From Balanoglossus misakiensis (Eukaryota > Animalia > Hemichordata): 64,000 bases of DNA. Positions within the stretch are counted from its first letter, which is position 1. Every line of letters begins with the position of its first letter. Location of the stretch: the NCBI GenBank assembly GCA_040954595.2, contig CM082596.2:5592791-5656790 (forward strand). Direction: 5' to 3'. Both the position numbers and the translations under genes were made by a program. The notes under the pieces are model-generated. The model saw only the letters and a list, made by a program, of their open reading frames with translations, searched no databases and had not been told where the DNA came from. Of this stretch, positions 52,901 to 64,000 are shown piece after piece.

Positions 52901-55900
52901 ATACATGACATGAAGTGTTACCTCTTGTCCAGGTTTCAGCTCAATTTTAAGTAGTTTGTGGGCGCACTCTTCAAAATCCAAGCTGGACTGTATCGTCAGG
53001 TAGATCGTTCTCCTCAAAGCTATCAGGTTGGTTTCTGTCTGGTCTATAATCTCCGTAGTCTTCTCTTCCCCCTCATCTCCTGCACGAAAACAAAATAGCA
53101 TCAATGACACTGTTGCTCCCATTTGATTAGAATGGTACATGTATGTATGTATCACTTGTGTAGCTGGAACGCAGTGATGGAAAAAAATAGGTAGAGATTG
53201 AAGTTCATTCGTAGCTTCACTTTACTGATCTTTCAGAGGTTAGAGTTCGCATTACTTAATCTCTAGTTCAACCACTTTATTTGACACACAGGGTGGTGGG
53301 GGATACTCTCAATATCTTACCTTCTTCAGATTCTTCCTCAGAAGAGCTTCCTTCCCCTGATTCTGACCCGCTGCTCCCTTCATCCAGAATTTCCTTTTTG
53401 ATACTCTTGTACTTCTCCTCATTCTCAAGGTACTCAGGATCCTGCTTGAAGATGTCTGCAAAGAGTCAACAGTTGTGAACTGTTGCATGAGCCCGACAAA
53501 CGAAATTCTACGGTTGGTTCAAACCCCCTCACATATATATTAAATCTGTGTTTGTTTACACCCCCTGACTATGGTTGCACTGTGGTCCATTAGCATTCTG
53601 TGTTTCACCCATTCATATCCGCTCATGGGTGTTCTGTACAAAAACCCACAAACAGTGCTCAAAACAGAGAAATTCTTGAGCTATCATTATACAATAATCT
53701 CACTGGTCTTCACACCACGCATAACAATACAATGATTTCACATTCAACTCACTCAGTTCTGGTTCAGCCTTGTGTTCATCTTCAAGAGTCAACAGATGCG
53801 TGAACTGGTCCTGTTCCTCCACCAGATCCAATTCCGGGAGGACAGACGGATGATCCTTGAAGCCATCCTTGCGGATGGCAAACATCACTTCCACCATGTA
53901 CTGCACGCGCTTGTCGATGTCAGCTTCATGTAGGATGCTACGAATTCTGTCAAATATCGCTATAAATAAAGATAATAGATTTAGAAAAAAAGAACTGTAG
54001 TTCACGGTCTGAAATTCCGGTAAAACTCCAATCAAGGTGACTTTAGGTGGGTTGTGCTTTCCTTCTCAAATCCGTAACCACATCATCGGTATTTGGTATG
54101 ACCCATTGAATTCCAATGGCGTGGTGACAACGAAGTTACACTAAATAAATATGACATACCATGGATGCCTCTGGGTGAAACTTCTGTGAGTTTCTGACCG
54201 CATTCTTTGAGAAAACTGATGGCAACCTCAACTGAATCGTCTGTTGGGTTTTCAAGCAACAGTGTCAGCATTTCCAGTGAAAGTACTTCATGTGCCTGAG
54301 AATGAACAGAATAATAAAATCATCAACTGGGAAATGTTCAAATTATGAACACATACCTTATTGGCAGATTGACTTGTTTCTACCAACAATAACACCAGCA
54401 TGTAAGGTCATATAGAGACTGATGGAAAGCAGAGTTATGATTCCCTGTAACACACTGATACACATATAAACTTACCACTTGTTGATTGACAAGATGTGCT
54501 ATAAACCTCACTGAAGTGAGGCACACTTTCTTATCGTTTCTTTTGTAGGCTCTTTTGAACTGGACAATCAGCCTCTTCAGAATCAGCTCACCAATCTGTG
54601 GAAACTAACGAATATACACATGCAATCAGTTATCAGTTCATCGGAGTAAATTACTGATACAGTTAAACTGTGTTGGGGTGTGTGATTTTGATACGAAAGA
54701 ATGAACCTGTTGTACACTTGTTTGAAGAGTGAATTGATATTCTTATCCACCCTACCTTTGTGTTGATAATAGCCACCAGTGCTGCATATACGTGAGTGAA
54801 TGTGGGCGATGCTACCTGAGCTTGTAGGATGGATCTGGCCAGCGGACCTCTGTACAAGGGAAAGGGGTTATCATTAGTCAGAATATGTGAAGTGTACAAC
54901 TGATGCTGAGAAGTTAGTGACATCTTTTCTAGTCTTTACAAACGACCAACTTTGTTGTATTCAAAAGATCAGCTCAGAACTCTCCACATAAGGAGAGAGA
55001 GTTAATACAAGACAACAAAATCCAATACCACTTTTTGATAGGAAAGGAAACACAGGTTCCCGGTCAATATGAAAATCATTACAGCAATAGTGGTGCGTAA
55101 ACACACAGCAGTTTAGAAGGTGTTTGGACTCACCTGCCCCTGACAATGTTTTCTTGGAAGAGTTCTGTGACAATGTTTCCTATGTTGGACACGTTGATTT
55201 TGTTGATCAAACCGTTCATGCTCTTCTTCAGCGCCTCCCAAGAAATCCTCTGGTATTCAACACTGAAAGATGAATAATGAATGTTTAGTATCTCACACAC
55301 ACATCAATGCATTCACAAATAATGTCAGCATTTCTGTGTTCATACATACATCTCATTTCAATTACAGAACAGCAATGACTGACTAGTAGTATTCACATTT
55401 ATTTAAAATGTGGTCTATGCCAAAACTAGCAAATGTCAGTGGTTTATGAAAGGTAGACAGGTTGGCAATGCCATTATACTACAGGTACATGTGCTTTGTG
55501 AAAAATGTCAGATTTTCAACAATGTCTTGTACGTGTGTGTGTGTACATCACATAGATAGAAATGGCATCATGTCTGATGCTGAAGATTGTGAAACGAGAA
55601 AGGAGATCATCACAATGCGAGAAGACAATTCATTCACCAACCTCCCACAAACCTGAAGTACGCCCCCTGCACACAATTCAAGCATCCTCCACACAGCGTC
55701 CACCAATTCCCCTTTATCCGTGCAGCAAGCAAACATTGAAACGCCACCTTACCTGGACTTATCCGTGATTTGAGCTTGCATCATTCGCAATTTAGCCGGA
55801 GGAATGTAGGCACCACCGGTCCTGGTCATCAGACTGTCGTCCTTCTTCTTCTTTGGGGCAGGTTCTTCCGTGGTTTTGTTTTCTTTGTCCTCTTCACCTT

Positions 55901-57690
55901 CCCTATCTGCGGCTCTCTTCTCTCCTCTGAAAAAAAGGGAAAACGCATACATCAATAGGATTATTCCAGAATAACTTGTCACGGCTGACCATTGAAAAAC
56001 ACTCAAGGCAAAATATGAACCCATTCTTACCTGTCTTGGTCACGCCTTGACACATCTCCTCTGCCTCTATCATCTCTACCTCTATCTCTGTATCTTTGCC
56101 GGTCATCATCTCTGTTTCTGTATCTGTCATCGTCCCTGTCTCGGTATCTGTCCCTCTCGTCACCTCTGCCGTACCTTGAGCTTGAGTATCTCCTCTCATC
56201 TCTCCCTCTGTAAGAGGTAAATTATGCATGAGCATTCGCAATCATACAAAATTCACTTTGATAAAGCCTCAGTTCAGAGTATGTCAAATTTCCAGCAGTC
56301 TCTTTCATGCCGATCTCTCATTGGAGAGTGCTTATTTAAAATGTATCAAAAGCTGGCAGATCATTTTTACAATCTTCCAACATCGATTTCCATATCTGCT
56401 ATCTCATGCAGTTTCCTTTCTCTACCGTTTTACCATAAATGTGTAGCACAAAGCAACCTAAACCTCTGGTCACATGCATTACAGCTTCTTTACAAGCACA
56501 TATGAAAATGTATATCACAAGCAACACAGAAACAGTATCACCGGCAACGGTATTATGCGAGTGCATGGTAAATTGACTGCAATGTAAGGATAGATACCTC
56601 TTGATATACAGCAGGTTTCTGGTGAACTGATTTACCTTGGGGATGGTGACCGTCTGCTTCTATCACTGCTTCGCTGTACGACACTCTGCACGACGCTGCG
56701 AACGCCTTTTCCCTCATCCTCCTCTTCGCTCTCATCAGTGTACTCCCCCTCGCTCTTCTCCTCCCGTCTCCGATCTCCCCCCTTCGGGGAGGTCCTCTCA
56801 CCCTCTGTGGCGGCATCACCATTCTCCTTGGTATCCTCAAGTTTCTTTGTCTTCGTCCGGGGGTCTGCTGCGCTGACTTCGTCGTCGCTGCCCCGGGGCC
56901 TTTTCTTGCCGGCTTGCTCAGGGTCCTCCCTCTTGGACTCGGTTCTGATGTACCGTGGACTGTCCTCCTGGTCCTCGCTGCCGCTGGAATTGCTATCGTC
57001 ATGGCTACTGCCAGAACCACTCCCGCTACTGTCACTATCACTTTGTAAAATGAATAAAGAAACTACAGTTTTAAACAGACCCAGGGTAAATATTTTCATC
57101 TCAGCAGAGAAGACATGGGCTGGGCCACAGACAACATGCTATCAACATTATGGCACCATCATCCATGCTCATCATCATTCATGATACAATATACAGTATG
57201 CCACACAGATCCATATTGCTCAATACAAATTACAATATTGTTGATTGGTCATGAGTCAACAAACTGTAAAATAATTTTGTTCCAGTTTTGAATGAAATTC
57301 ACTTAAATGACTCAGAAACATTTAACCACATGATTTTCAAGGATCTACGACCAGACTGCAGACTGTTTCAACAGCATCATATCATGAAAATACATAAAAA
57401 CGTTTGCTCAAATTACTGCTTCACTCTTGAACTGCAACACGGTAACCATAAGAGCCCACTGATATACATATATAATATGTTACATTATTTCGATGTCCAT
57501 ACTGCCCGTTGGAAAGGGAAATGCAGGATTCGTGCTCGTGTGAAACCACTTCCTGACTGTGGCTGTGTACATTACTTTGTTTTGTTGCCGATTCCCACGG
57601 ATTTCAGCCGCCTCTCCTTCCCACTGGATGAAATCATTTCAAAAACTGAAATATTGTAACATCCAAATTTATGACTTACCTGTCTGACAT
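46971..57690 (-). CDS. CWC22: Pre-mRNA-splicing factor CWC22 (MIF4G + MA3 domains)
   Basis: ATG exon 57680-57690 (MSDS). Conserved [123 protein letters not shown] and [23 protein letters not shown]. Last exon 46971-51067. Confidence 0.95.
49705..49950 (-). repeat. Coding tandem repeat (~28-29 aa x3) in the CWC22 tail
   Basis: [25 protein letters not shown] / [23 protein letters not shown] / [25 protein letters not shown]. Confidence 0.85.
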
Positions 57691-57759
57691 TTCGCAACTT
57701 TGCTTGGTAGGACAAAATTACACCGTGTCTCCAAATTTCCACGTTTCTTCGCGTTGCTT

Positions 57760-58245
57760 CACACGAAGATGGCGAGTGACGGAGTTTCAACGTTTGAACT
57801 ATCGCAGCGTTCGAGAAAATGCGAGAACACTGAGGTGAAAGGTCAGATGTCAAACGATGACCTGGTATATGTATTAATTATGTAAATAATATACTCTGTG
57901 AATATTAGCATTGTACATCTCTCAGGACGATTCGTAACATGCATTCACTCTCACTTTAGCTACCCGAGGCTCATAAAGCCGTCTTTTAGTCTAGTTGACC
58001 CGGTTATTTGACGATAAAGTTACAGTATTATTCGTGTATCCCCAGGGTCTGAGTGACCCTTTCGCGCCACTTGCAGATTAGCCAATGGGAGGTCGGCGCG
58101 GGTTGGACGCGCGTCACTTGCGTCATGTCAATGCAAATAGCAGATCTGGCGGGAGTTCCAGTTCACACCAAAAGATTAACACGTTTGATCATTCTGGTTT
58201 CCTTTGTGGCGATCTTCACGCATTTAGGACTTCATCGGCGGCGGT
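57760..58245. promoter_or_regulatory. Shared CWC22/CDC6 divergent promoter region
   Basis: YY1-like AAGATGGCG at 57766-57774. E2F-type TTTCGCGC at 58060-58067 and TGGCGGGA at 58147-58154, with CCAAT at 58082-58086. A likely non-coding CDC6 exon 1 ends at donor GCG|gtaaga (~58243). Confidence 0.65.
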
Positions 58246-58389
58246 AAGAGAGCTGAACATTGCTGACGCTTTGCTGGAAACATAAAGACTTGATCTGTCT
58301 TGGTGAAAACTTGGTCGTGGTCGAAATCGGTTACTCGCCCAGAAGTTTAAAAACCCTGACAGAGGTTATTGATTGTGTAGTACTACAGA

Positions 58390-61300
58390 ATGTCAACCCT
58401 GCAACCAACGATCCAGTTTCCGCGTCGCAAAACGCGATCGCGGTCGAAAACATCGTCGGATGCAAAGATTTCGGGGAATACTGAAGACAACCAGGGAATG
58501 GCAGCCGAGAGGAGCCACAGCAAAAATCGCAAAAGAAGTCAACGTAAAGGTACAATCATAAGCTCATTGATATTCGCTTTGTAATGTACATAGGTTCCAA
58601 GCATAAAAAGAAAATCCCCAAATTCTGTAAGAGTTTTTTGGCTTTGATTAAACTTTATTTCACACCCGGCTGTTGCTTATGAAACTTTTCAGTGAGTTTG
58701 AACCTACCACAAGCACTAGTTACAAGTTTTTCTCTGTGTGGTCTGTTTCCTGGAATGTGAAATTAACATTAGTGACAAAACTCACACTGTTACTATGTGA
58801 AGCCATAGGGAGTTTTTACTGCAGTGTAGAATAACAGGTAGTTTATACTGCAGTATAGCTGTAACTGCAATAATTATATTACACCTTTAATTGCAAATAT
58901 TTCAGCTAGAATAAAATTGTCACTTTCCTGATCATTTGTGATCTCACATGCAAATTAACTGCTACCAATGACTCCAATGAGCAACAACCTTCTGAGGTAC
59001 TGCATAGAGCTACTTTGTGGCAAAAAAATAATGCCAAATGTTTAATTAAATTATTGACTGGCCGATATCACATATCTGTAATTGTATGCTGTAATAAGTT
59101 TTATCATTTTCACCTTACAATGTCCTAATAAATTATATTTTTGTATGATTCTACAGATAGAGAACAAAGCCCGGTGCCATCTTCACTGAAATGCAGTCCG
59201 AGAAAATTAAAGAAGAAGGAAAATGTTCCAGCAGATTTTCCTGTTCGGGAGTGTTCTGTCAGACTTGTGCAAATGAACAACCATTTGTCACCTGCAAAAA
59301 CGCCATGTAAACTGTCGGGTGTGGATTATGACTTCAGGAACACCCCGGTTAAAACTAAACTCATGTTTTCTCCCTCTCGGGATGAACTCGCAGCGAAGGT
59401 ACTGTCGCCCTCAAAGTCTGCTGTAAAACTCGGGTCGCCATCACCGAAAAAGAAGGAAGCCCTCCAGACTGTGGCACGGAAATTTCAGTCCCAGACCCTG
59501 TCACCAACAACAGACAGACGGACACCTCTGAAATTACAGAGACAAGAAGGTAGTTGTATGCACATAAAATTGCTTCCATCCAAACTCACTGGAAAAACAC
59601 TCAGTTTATGAGCTTACAATAGTTTACAGATTGCAACAGAGATTATTATTTCAGTCACTAAAACAAACAGCATAAGCCATAACAGTGCTTCCAATCCCAA
59701 AATAAATTTTACCTGTAAGATTCAAGTTGTTATATAAAAGAAACCCTAATTAACTATTATTACTGATGTTTTGTCCAGGTCCCTTTTTCCAGGGATTGTG
59801 AAAACTTCATTTATTCATTCACATGCTAATGATGTGAGCCGTTTTAACTTGGTTTCAAATGTTGCTTGCACTTACATTTTTTGCTGTTTGATTTTGACTG
59901 CATTTTCAGCAATAATGACATTTTGGGGGCAAAATGGTAACAACAAATTTCCTTGTAAATTCCTTGCCAGGTGAATGTTATGTCAAAGTCAGGAAGGCCC
60001 TGCACACGTCAGTGCCAGACAATCTCCTATGTAGAGAGAAGGAAACTAAGATAGTCACAGATTTCCTGCGTAACCATGTCGGGAAGCAGAAACCAGGAAG
60101 TCTGTACGTGTCCGGAGCGCCAGGAACTGGAAAAACTGCTTCAGTTATGCAGATTATTGCAAACAACAAGGTATGGTCTCTTCTTTTTCTTTCACGTCCA
60201 ATATTAATTTGCTATTGCCAAGACCAAGTGCAATCAAAGGTCACAACAGCTCTGAATAACCATGAACTATGTTTCTAGACTTGTGTAAAATCTTAGTTTT
60301 CTGCACATTATGCCATAATGGAGAGGCTTGTTTCATTTTTCTCATGTACCATTTTAATTCTTTTTATTTCCAGAGTGAGTTGGAGACGACCAAGGTTATT
60401 TTCATCAATTGCATGTCTGTGAAGAACAGCCACGCTATTTACAGTAAAGTCATTACGCAGCTGAGTGACAAATCCACTGAGAAAGTCCACAGTAAAGATG
60501 CTCTCAGATTCCTTGAGAAGAAATTCACATCATCAGGACCTCCTGTGTAAGTTCCATGACCACATTGATTAATATCAGCACCCAACCCCATTTTTCAATG
60601 TACAGTTCCACCTTTACCGTTAGGAAATAATGCATTGATCATGATGTGTTTTAATATTTTCAGGCTCTTGATTTTGGACGAAATCGATCAACTCGACAGC
60701 AAAAACCAAGAAGTGTTGTATACAATGTTTGAATGGCCCTCATTACCCAAGTCAAGACTTGTGCTCATAGGTAAGTAAGCTACATTGTCCTTTCTGTCAG
60801 GTTAAATTCTTTCATGATTTAATATCATTTATGTATCATCATTTCATATTTCATCCACTAAATATTGGATTAGATTGCATTAATATTGAATTACTTCTCA
60901 CTATGAAAACTAACTTTTTATTTCTTTCAGGCATCGCCAATGCTCTGGATCTGACCGACAGAATCCTTCCCAGGCTGCAAGCCAGACCCAAGTGCAAACC
61001 CCAACTCCTGAACTTCCCCCCGTACACCAAAGACCAACTGGTGACAATCCTGCAGGACAGACTTGAAAGGGTAAGTGTCACCCCCCCCCCCCTGTTTTTC
61101 AGAGTGTGAAACCCACCTAGACGGCTCTGTTTTGTAGTGCTGACATCAATGTATTGACTGTTCTTGAATTTTGATTTTTCTTGCAGACTAAAGTTGACGG
61201 CATGCCAGTGGTTGACCAGGCAGCTGTCCAGTTCTGCGCCAGGAAAGTTGCTGCTGTGGCTGGCGATGTCCGAAAAGCGCTTGATGTTTGCAGGTGAGAG

Positions 61301-62353
61301 AAGGGCTCCCTCTATCAGCAAGATTACGGAATTAGCTATTTATGATATCAGTTTAGAGAGATTGTGCGTGTTTAATAAAACAACCAATTTATGTTGCTGT
61401 TTCTCATTTTCGCAGGAGGGCTGTGGAAATTGTCGAATCTGATGTGAGAAGTCAAATGGTCCTGCAGCCATCAGCAGAAGGTAAGTGTTCTGATTTTAAA
61501 ACTTCACCTGTTGCCTATTTTCCAATGCAGAGATCCAGTAAATGCAAAAAAAAATTGTTAAAAATGTGTTGTTGAAAATCACAAATATAGATAAAATCAA
61601 TTGATCCAGACTTATTCTTTTTGTTCACAGCATCATTCCCACCAAGTCCCAGGAAGTCGGCACCCAAGACACCAATCCCCAAGAAAGTCGGCCTGCTTCA
61701 CATTTCCAACGTAATATCCGAAGTCTACGGCTCCAGAATGGTTTCGTCCAACAAAAACCAAGAGCATACATTTCCGATTCAACAGAAAATGATCATTTGC
61801 ACTTTGCTGTTGAAGTTGCAACATGGCAAGGCTAAGGAGGTCACTCTTGGAAAGGTAGGTTTGTGGGAAAACTGGATTTGTTTTTTTGTCAGTGATTTCT
61901 CTCCTCCACGTATCAGTCAATATAAATCCTATTTTTTCAGTGTTTTCACGAAATTTAATAATTTGCCTTTTATTTTCCAGCTCCATGATGCTTATTGCAA
62001 AATATGCCAGGCACGAAAATTGGGAGCAGTGGACCAATCAGAATTCCTGTCTCTTTGCGCCCTGATTGAAACGCGAGGCATTATTGGTCTAAAAAAAGCC
62101 AAGGAAACAAGACAGACAAAGGTAGTGTATTTATACCAATGAATCCTAAATGATGATTTATATCTTGTATGTTCGTTAATTAATTTTGTGTCATAAACAA
62201 ATGTGCTTTAACTGACATATAAATGTGTAATTTTTTTGTGTGTATGTTTTGTAGGTGACGTTAAAATTAAGCGAGAAAGAAGTTGAGTTTGCTCTCCAGG
62301 ACAAAGTGTTACTATCCTCCATCTTGCAAGAAGGATTGCCCGAGAAGAGATGA
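58390..62353 (+). CDS. CDC6: Cell division control protein 6 (replication licensing AAA+ ATPase)
   Basis: 11 coding GT-AG exons. N-terminus [14 protein letters not shown]; KEN box and multiple SP/TP CDK sites (59157-59549); Walker [15 protein letters not shown]; Walker [10 protein letters not shown]; [16 protein letters not shown]; [25 protein letters not shown]; winged helix QQKMIICTL. Ends [20 protein letters not shown] with TGA at 62351-62353. Confidence 0.95.
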
Positions 62354-63174
62354 AAGGTCATCCTGAAAAAAATCTGCTTTTTGGACTTTTTCCAGAATTT
62401 CTGTACTCAGTTTTGCATTTAAAACCTGTAAATATATTTTGAAAGATAAAGTTTTCAGCTCATTCGTAATATTCAAGGAATTTTCTTAGAAAGATAATTT
62501 TATTCACAATTTTACAATAATGACTTTCTCAGCATTTTTACAATACCCATAACTATGTATTGTATCATGGGTGAAAGGATATTTGTCTTGAATTTTAGAT
62601 TTAATGTACATATTTTATCCAATTTTTCTGTGCAATTTGTGAGTCAACTGTTTGTTTTTTGTTATTCATTTTTGAGAATTTCATCTGTAGTATTTTGTCT
62701 TTGGAAAATAAATATAAAATATAAAGTACAAGATTTTTCTGGCTTGTTTTTTTATTGTGCTCTCTCTCCTACAAGAAATTAAAAGATTTTTTAAGTGATG
62801 TGGAGAAAAATCAAATATCTGAACCAGCAAGACGCTCGGGAAGGTGCAAATTTCGATATTCAGTTTATTCATAGTATCTAAAGAACGATGGGAAAGACAA
62901 ATGCAGAAGAAAACTGGCCAGCTAGCTTTAGGTTAGAGTAGAGGGCCCCGAAACACTTTCCAAGAGAAAGGAACAGTTAAAACAAAGGACACCTGCCGCT
63001 GTATAGCTTTTGCCAGCAAATGAAGAAAAGGGCGAGGAAATAAGACATACAAGCAAGAGACGGAACATATTACACGCTGAACCAATCAGGGCTCACTAAT
63101 GGTCCTGCACTAATGGGGAACGCGTGAAATCGGACATTGATGACGCGCGCGCCGGGAAAGATACATTTTGCGCG

Positions 63175-63377
63175 TTAAGGCCGAGTTACACGAGGCAACT
63201 CGGCAGGCAACTCGGTAGGCAACTCGACGCGCAACCCGAGTTGCCTACCGAGTTGCCTCGTGTGTATGATGTAGTCGCCTCAATGGAACGCGTCTGGCGA
63301 CGTCGCCTCAAAATCCGTCATGTCGGATTTTCGGGCGACGAGTTGCCTGACGCGCAATCGGTTGCCCCGCGTTACCA
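63175..63377. mobile_element. Probable left end of a PIF/Harbinger-like DNA transposon with palindromic subterminal repeats
   Basis: TAA-GGCCGAGTTACACG terminus followed by AGGCAACTCG x3 and inverted CGAGTTGCCT x2 (hairpin 63188-63263), plus another copy near 63338-63348. No matching right terminus is seen in the window. Confidence 0.5.
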
Positions 63378-64000
63378 CTTTGTCTCGAATAAATGTTGAC
63401 ATCTGCACATGCGAAAATGATGTTTATTTGTTATTTTCCGAACCAGGAACTACAGACTGTAGACCTGTAGACTTCCGAAAATATTGGGGAATAAGTATTT
63501 GCTATGAAATCGGATATTTGTATGTGTTTATAGTTTAATATTTCCATATAAACTCAAGTTTTGTTAAAGAAACTTTTAACTAATTATCTTGCCAGTGATG
63601 GTATAAAAAATAAACTACTATTCAGTTCCGCGAAAATGGTTATGATGATTGACTCGACATTGATTGCGTTTCCGATTTTGGGGGTACCGTAACCAAAAAT
63701 CGTAACCGAATTTCAGAATAATAAAACGCCAGCTTATGATTATCGCCCACAGTTCAAGAGTTCTTACACAGTCAGTGTACATCATATATCTTTTTGGGCA
63801 AAACACGGTCATGTCAACTTATAAATACATATAGAGTTATATTTGTATAATTTTACATACTGTACAAACAAATCTTTCAATCAATATATTTCTTCTTTAA
63901 AAAATATACTTCGTTATTCTACAATGAAAAGTCCCACTTGCTTTGTTATTACTTTCACTGTATTTCGAAACACGGATTTAGTTTATTATCGATAACGTTT

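Noticed and set aside
57101-57178. C/D-box snoRNA-like pattern in CWC22 intron 1 (ATGATGA...TCTTCTCTG-CTGA) with 9-nt complementarity to the U6 ACAGAGA region
   Set aside because: The match is only 9 nt, is one base out of register for the known U6 Am47 guide, and has no clear C'/D' boxes; probably chance.
63188-63263. CRISPR-like short repeat array
   Set aside because: The context is eukaryotic, there are no spacers, and the repeats invert into a hairpin typical of transposon ends.

Overview
Gene-dense, intron-rich eukaryotic (animal, probably invertebrate) genomic DNA with GT-AG introns. Five protein-coding genes were reconstructed by hand. (1) The 5' part of a kinesin-5/KIF11 gene on the minus strand, running off the left edge. 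(2) A complete ~40-kb axonemal inner-arm dynein heavy chain DNAH7 gene (minus). (3) A small 4-coding-exon COA1 gene (plus), largely missed by the ORF track and lying head-to-head with DNAH7. (4) The splicing factor CWC22 (minus), with a ~4.1-kb low-complexity last exon. (5) CDC6 (plus), head-to-head with CWC22. Introns carry several MITE families, SINE fragments and a long (GAT)n microsatellite. The most notable signal is in DNAH7: each of the six longest introns holds a small, frame-preserving candidate cassette exon (6, 6, 42, 30, 18 and a weaker 48 nt). Most follow long AG-free zones and several have downstream TGCATG motifs, suggesting a regulated microexon programme in a ciliary dynein. 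DNAH7 also has two candidate start exons. All gene calls rest on manual translation and recalled homologue sequences; no database search was run.
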